IMG/VR virus record: IMGVR_UViG_3300044612_002233
Span: 1 to 64,000 of that record
Direction: 5' to 3' (one strand)
From: an uncultured virus (IMG/VR IMGVR_UViG_3300044612_002233)
Taxonomy: Duplodnaviria > Heunggongvirae > Uroviricota > Caudoviricetes
Length of the DNA stretch: 64,000 nt
Shown here: positions 61,401 to 64,000 of the stretch, in pieces
Position numbering within the stretch: position 1 is the stretch's first letter
How the letters are laid out: every line of letters begins with the position of its first letter
The notes under the pieces: generated by a model
Database searches by the model: none
Told to the model about the DNA's origin: nothing
Seen by the model: only the letters and a program-made list of their open reading frames with translations
Translations under genes and position numbers: made by a program

Positions 61401-63183
61401 CTTGCAGTTGGGTACAATGTGGTCTGGTTGGTTCGTACTGTAGATTAACATCGTCGCCATCATTTACAACAGTAGAATAAATATAATCATATATCACTTG
61501 ATTATTAGCATCAAGATCCTGGTTAGCGGGATCATTATAATTATTATTATCTGATCGATAAAATCTAGGAACATCTCCTTTATATTCCATTCTGGGAATA
61601 AATAATGTTTTAAGATCCTGTGTGATATCTCTAAAACGAGGTTTTCCAACGTCATATAGTGGTATAGTTGTTTTCTTTGTATTATCGACCAATACGTCTA
61701 TATTTGCATTAAACTCATTTAGTTTTGTTTGTATCGTTGTATTATCAAAAATAATTCTTTGATTATTATACACTGAGGTATTTTTTAAAGATTTATTACA
61801 ATAATTGTCTAGAACTTGTGTTATTGCAATACCTTTATTATCAAATTTTAACACATCAGTCTTTGCAGAGATGGACGAGGTTCCTGATAGTTTAAGGTGT
61901 GCCCCATATTTTGATATTAATTTATAAAATAGTTGTGAATTATCATTAATTAAATTATTATTAAGGGTTATTGGAGAAAATTTAGTATCTAAATACAAAG
62001 ATCGATTATTCCTATCATTAGTTGTATTCTGTAAAAATCTACTAATATCTATTAATAGATTCTTTAAATTTAATATCTCAGTATTGATATCAGAAAAAGA
62101 TTCATTAAGCTTATTTTGTATAAGATTCTTTATCTCTGTAGAATCTAGCGCCTCAATAGAGAAGTCATCAATGAATGGACTAGTACTTAGTGCATGGGCT
62201 ATTCTCTTATAAAATCGGGATGTTTTTAAATTCTTATTACTAAAAGATCTTTTTTCATCAAGTGTTAATATTCTATATATTGATGAATATTTCTGATAAA
62301 GAGCGGATGAAACATATGATCTACATGGTATATTATATGTTAATGAAGAAGCTCTTTCAGTATCACTATTATGAAAGAAAAAACAGTCCCCATCAGGAAC
62401 CCATAGTATTGGATTCGTATCCATCCTATGTAAAGAAGACGTATTATTATATACATTTTCTGACTTATACATATCAGCTATTTTAAATAATGGATTAGTG
62501 CCTAAAGAGCTAAGTTCCACAATAGTTTTTCCTAATTCCTCATCGAAGACATAGCTACCATTAGTAAGCGTTTTACTCTGCTGATTAACCGAATATAATC
62601 TAGCATTATTTATTTTAATATAAATATTATTAGTATCTCCACTTTTAACCAATCTTGATCCATTTGGGAAATATGTTAATGGTTGCTCTTTGCCTCCGTG
62701 AATATTAGAATTATTAGTTATGTCCTTTAGTCTAAACCAACAAAGAATTCCATAATATACAGAGTAAGGAGTATTCTGTCCATTTAAAAACCAGTCAATA
62801 CACATTTTAGCATTACTAGTTGTCCAGCTTTTAAAGTTTGGGGTGAAAGAGAAAAAACTCTCAATACCTAATTGCCCACTAGTTAATAAAGGATTGCTAT
62901 TATAACAGCTACCGTGAGATGACAATAGTTTATTATCAACATATGTATCAGAATTAATAATTAATGGCTGCCATACATCTAATACATCATCAAGAATGGA
63001 ACCTGCCTGAGCTTGTTGTATCAGAGCATCAAGAGATGGTGAACGAATTAGCCCTCCTCCAGTATTATCATTATAGGTTAATGCCCCATTGGAGTTGACC
63101 GTGTACGGCAATAAGTCATCCAATAATGAATGCTTAATAATATTACAATTGCTACTTTTATCTATAATCCTTGAACTAAACAT
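55456..63183 (-). CDS. Large (2575 aa) putative virion/baseplate protein
   Basis: S/T/N-rich long ORF; PKD-like FWEQLEGP...GKYTFQCTI segment; P-domain-like IKDIEVKLNF. Confidence 0.6.
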   Translation of the reverse strand: MFSSRIIDKSSNCNIIKHSLLDDLLPYTVNSNGALTYNDNTGGGLIRSPSLDALIQQAQAGSILDDVLDVWQPLIINSDTYVDNKLLSSHGSCYNSNPLLTSGQLGIESFFSFTPNFKSWTTSNAKMCIDWFLNGQNTPYSVYYGILCWFRLKDITNNSNIHGGKEQPLTYFPNGSRLVKSGDTNNIYIKINNARLYSVNQQSKTLTNGSYVFDEELGKTIVELSSLGTNPLFKIADMYKSENVYNNTSSLHRMDTNPILWVPDGDCFFFHNSDTERASSLTYNIPCRSYVSSALYQKYSSIYRILTLDEKRSFSNKNLKTSRFYKRIAHALSTSPFIDDFSIEALDSTEIKNLIQNKLNESFSDINTEILNLKNLLIDISRFLQNTTNDRNNRSLYLDTKFSPITLNNNLINDNSQLFYKLISKYGAHLKLSGTSSISAKTDVLKFDNKGIAITQVLDNYCNKSLKNTSVYNNQRIIFDNTTIQTKLNEFNANIDVLVDNTKKTTIPLYDVGKPRFRDITQDLKTLFIPRMEYKGDVPRFYRSDNNNYNDPANQDLDANNQVIYDYIYSTVVNDGDDVNLQYEPTRPHCTQLQESGIQLVALEIAEIEKSYDEGSILLLTNYINGQNSFFWEQLEGPQGTFGKNELLSGTSNEVTFYANYTGKYTFQCTISSPFGTFKKQKTVYIVDGRQLVIGQGGAMKENAISYGKYWDSKNISWVYPPSVTPSYIANENIPLILDKDLVKSNISKINKIAISNYHGVIYPIKTDFSVREFIGTFGSASQDDVYSLSKDYIFSYSANYTHKDTCPLTLIFETNNTIVKLHSVWLEKIRTDQDECSQCLSLYFPKIRSYKSHAKISTSDSNGNIVDTKNYDFNKTTRTNKDPEAFQLRAYEWDTTRNLAKCIRDSGIFNFPVISTKKAPKVKAYGGYSKKFIDSIGVDINGLTKPQVSINDKGIVAGQGASTNLPVVTGFPLNYRNFPDTSTYKLCYQKAVMVSGTGLIMPFTKGAFHPNSGWIPYSGGNEYSIHANRGSVLKFNPGARDSFSFLGPQITRLRSGPINIENSTIQSKTFSSSITLGIAKEIQWDMLCSCADIRPGQDIELYNNNQKHKNYIDTKITSVNNSSNHGYRILSGGEPKGIEPTATNNYPIANDEFLTDQGQTNFSYSFAVTGPHSLPEKIQLPDGRMQFRIPRVNGFGIKDIEVKLNFLNYVNTKNMVVWLDVDYCDAEGVPRFRSMANPPPSPLKSTSEFLDQTFDPRIFFGNYSTNQNRITGSLNNAKIENYLKDLVGINSPSGASPSSFKLVLLNQETIQNNKYNFSVKFSDHASKHNTPCDMNLLGSGYYHPSGQYSYMTSQVSKMQNIIRSNDELLPTVAATGYSDRECCEYSSIIKHNKLNISNNSFSKFVSELLFKNLAPESGPCLEGSPKQRDGDFDGKTTFTLNIMVLDEEDDMNVLDSTINNQYLSGLESTETNTKSHLLYNSLCNWELILHVGSVRDPVPNTNPSLASYGNNDALSLFDYKKDPSYPSYSFITDLTDQKHLLPIANYNAPYSCISDSTTCLTSQDDPTGQGVMVRPPVFPYYAIIQIMTALAGYGATTGGTLVGALAGLEGAVNSPGYNAIFDYFKEVRFAENLTNQGRQIYFPSYAKYPFGSPEKILINFKKPNSLWYTAEASIFKYHNTPILKPDRYKFIKLSGGVDGLGDFSFDLVNSIEDLIDQNFIKQINLSCESNLPSSPLPAAISDSFINEGDIVRVAFTGNECENPSQICIARNNETWTNLKLDPSALSKANHYLQHNAILGSSNSLSSTDLSDNKAVLVKGKIPYDIFKKGDIVSCSGVSSTNATISKKGLIYKNNKYYSLLVFENSVSGYNLMSVPNTMNIFLTYKDETTIIDKTSKKYNIWGSDYINKNVFNNITDIAPTTHSVGSYGDMSLFVNKNILSNNIHNNQLQEINDIFNNRNNDKIKHNKIKIFVSGVENTGFVSNSSYGFSYSKEDLNVLTPIFRKEKENKDYYYIKSDTDDTTNHDVIVKNIEFSSSYNDIPSNFSIIRTDDGLNPLTSGISTGELEIENKYYEYKPMRSITSNEFSWLTSRLSTIESTGVDTALEGAVGVPGSTSTILNSSKLKYLQKHYDKLEDDPINCDIANQPLVLACNKTRTYKTIKDLLEEKNSIIQLLDEQAVFDIPANNTTYQLNRSDYSNYKLKSSLPITDPRRISPHVLPKIEPVLSGIDWRGANEGEQSGPIYIYYREANKDHYWINIDSKQSCFQDFDSNPKVLISTKYKCTEANPVLGVASPYIDNNICPYFTTKPNQTIKFDFGATENVTSNVDEFTYTINSNAIDQQKTAFQRQYPAITGWKTLTKLRYFNINGDQTMDNILGPGAEITIESTELYAVPLTNENQGNDNSGDTLDLPGIGSCQTNIGSPGGKGMMTLDNTRIGKPTRVCNIVNLDNANNISVMVKRIPRMLRGVDILSTVYRYGSKSDFRPASFTSPPVPYETDLVNAQVGNINNSLYVWVALQRNPATFSLEPTTLPDFFKLQNEMIFRSFFGSVDKIENKSDVAASYFPWEMIPYEYE

Positions 63184-64000
63184 TATTTAATTGCCGTTAG
63201 TGTCCACTTTCCATTTAAGAATGTAAATATAGCTATAACATTAGTTGTTACTGTGAATCCTAGAGGATTATCAAAATTAACGGTCATTGTTGGAACAACT
63301 CCTGATCGTCTGCCTTGTACATAATGCATATCTATTAGGGCTTGAGTTGCACTAGTAGTCTTGCCTTTAACAACTAGAGACGGTTTGCTGACTGGTTCAT
63401 AAAAGCCCGTCTTTTTATTGTATCTGCAAAGCAATTTTGTTCCTCGTGGAGCACAGTATCCTGTTTTATCTTTAATATATATTAATCTTCTATACCCCTG
63501 TCGTAAAGGCTCGCTGCTAAATTCAATATCGTCAATATAACCTCTTGTAACATATGTCTCATCAAAATCTGGTTGTTTAATCAGATCTTCTTCAAGAGTA
63601 GCATATATCATTCTATAAATATACTTCTTTTTTGCTTTTTTGTCTAAAAAGCTTTTTAATGTGGTTATATCATTAGAGTTAGTAAGAATATAAGGAGGAT
63701 CAATCTCTTCTCCTCCGCCACCACCAGCCCAAACCATTCTGTCTTGATCCCAAATTAGATCAATAGGACCAACTTTCCATAAGTCAGGACGTTCTGCCCA
63801 ATTTAGATAAAAATCATTTAATTTAACTTTTTCTGACCATTTACCTGTAAATTTTTGAGTTTTACTAATTATACTTCCTTTAAATCCCTGAGTATAATCA
63901 ATTGGATTTCCAGCTGTTGGGGTAGGTCCAGGATCGTATCCGCCATCAACATCCATATTGTCTTCTATCTTAATAGGAGTAACATCACTATTATTTATTG
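63183..64000 (-). CDS. Putative virion protein, 5' end beyond window
   Basis: Frame stays open from ATG 63956 to the window edge; stop overlaps the next start. Confidence 0.6.
   Translation of the reverse strand, partial: INNSDVTPIKIEDNMDVDGGYDPGPTPTAGNPIDYTQGFKGSIISKTQKFTGKWSEKVKLNDFYLNWAERPDLWKVGPIDLIWDQDRMVWAGGGGGEEIDPPYILTNSNDITTLKSFLDKKAKKKYIYRMIYATLEEDLIKQPDFDETYVTRGYIDDIEFSSEPLRQGYRRLIYIKDKTGYCAPRGTKLLCRYNKKTGFYEPVSKPSLVVKGKTTSATQALIDMHYVQGRRSGVVPTMTVNFDNPLGFTVTTNVIAIFTFLNGKWTLTAIK

Noticed and set aside
1445..62486. Numerous short antisense or alternate-frame ORFs in the track (e.g. 5805-6098, 32342-32620, 46969-47337)
   Set aside because: They overlap well-supported genes and have no motifs
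1..64000. Alternative genetic code (stop-codon reassignment) as the cause of the fragmented dnaE
   Set aside because: Coding density is near complete in the standard code; TAA, TAG and TGA all end genes; the dnaE pieces are separated by whole genes, and fragment 1 is in a different frame from fragment 2
1..64000. tRNA or other structured RNA genes
   Set aside because: Intergenic gaps are short and no cloverleaf was recognised by eye; tRNAscan/Infernal not run

Overview
AT-rich, gene-dense segment of a large tailed dsDNA bacteriophage. The code appears standard, since TAA, TAG and TGA all act as stops. Genes from 1 to 55.4 kb are on the + strand and converge at a hairpin with two - strand virion-type genes. 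Modules in order: (i) glycan-synthesis genes (RmlC, RmlD, glycosyltransferases, B12 radical SAM); (ii) nucleotide-metabolism and host-derived genes (NDT-like, GMP reductase, bacterioferritin-like, PAP2, sigma factor, ClpP, DeoC-like); (iii) putative virion and envelope genes (MTD-like fibre, trypsin-like protein, membrane proteins, papain-like C1 protease); (iv) a second, very AT-rich glycosyltransferase island; (v) dCMP deaminase, class II RNR and PhoH; (vi) a replication/recombination module (RecA, DnaB, DnaG, dNMP kinase, PD-(D/E)XK nuclease, DnaE, DnaQ-like exonuclease, SSB, Sak/Rad52-like); (vii) a run of degenerate GT-like and transferase-like genes. The main finding is that DnaE is encoded in three pieces. 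Pieces 1 and 2 are joined by a naturally split, trans-splicing intein (90 aa IntN + 36 aa IntC) at the GPGRG|SAAG motif, with a free-standing TnsA-like endonuclease gene between the halves. Piece 3 is a separate intein-less polypeptide lying beyond an HNH gene and the proofreading exonuclease. Also notable: a recurrent GGTGTA-N7-ATA putative phage promoter, several apparently catalytically dead enzyme homologues, and an AUU start codon. All family assignments come from motif recognition by eye, with no database searches.
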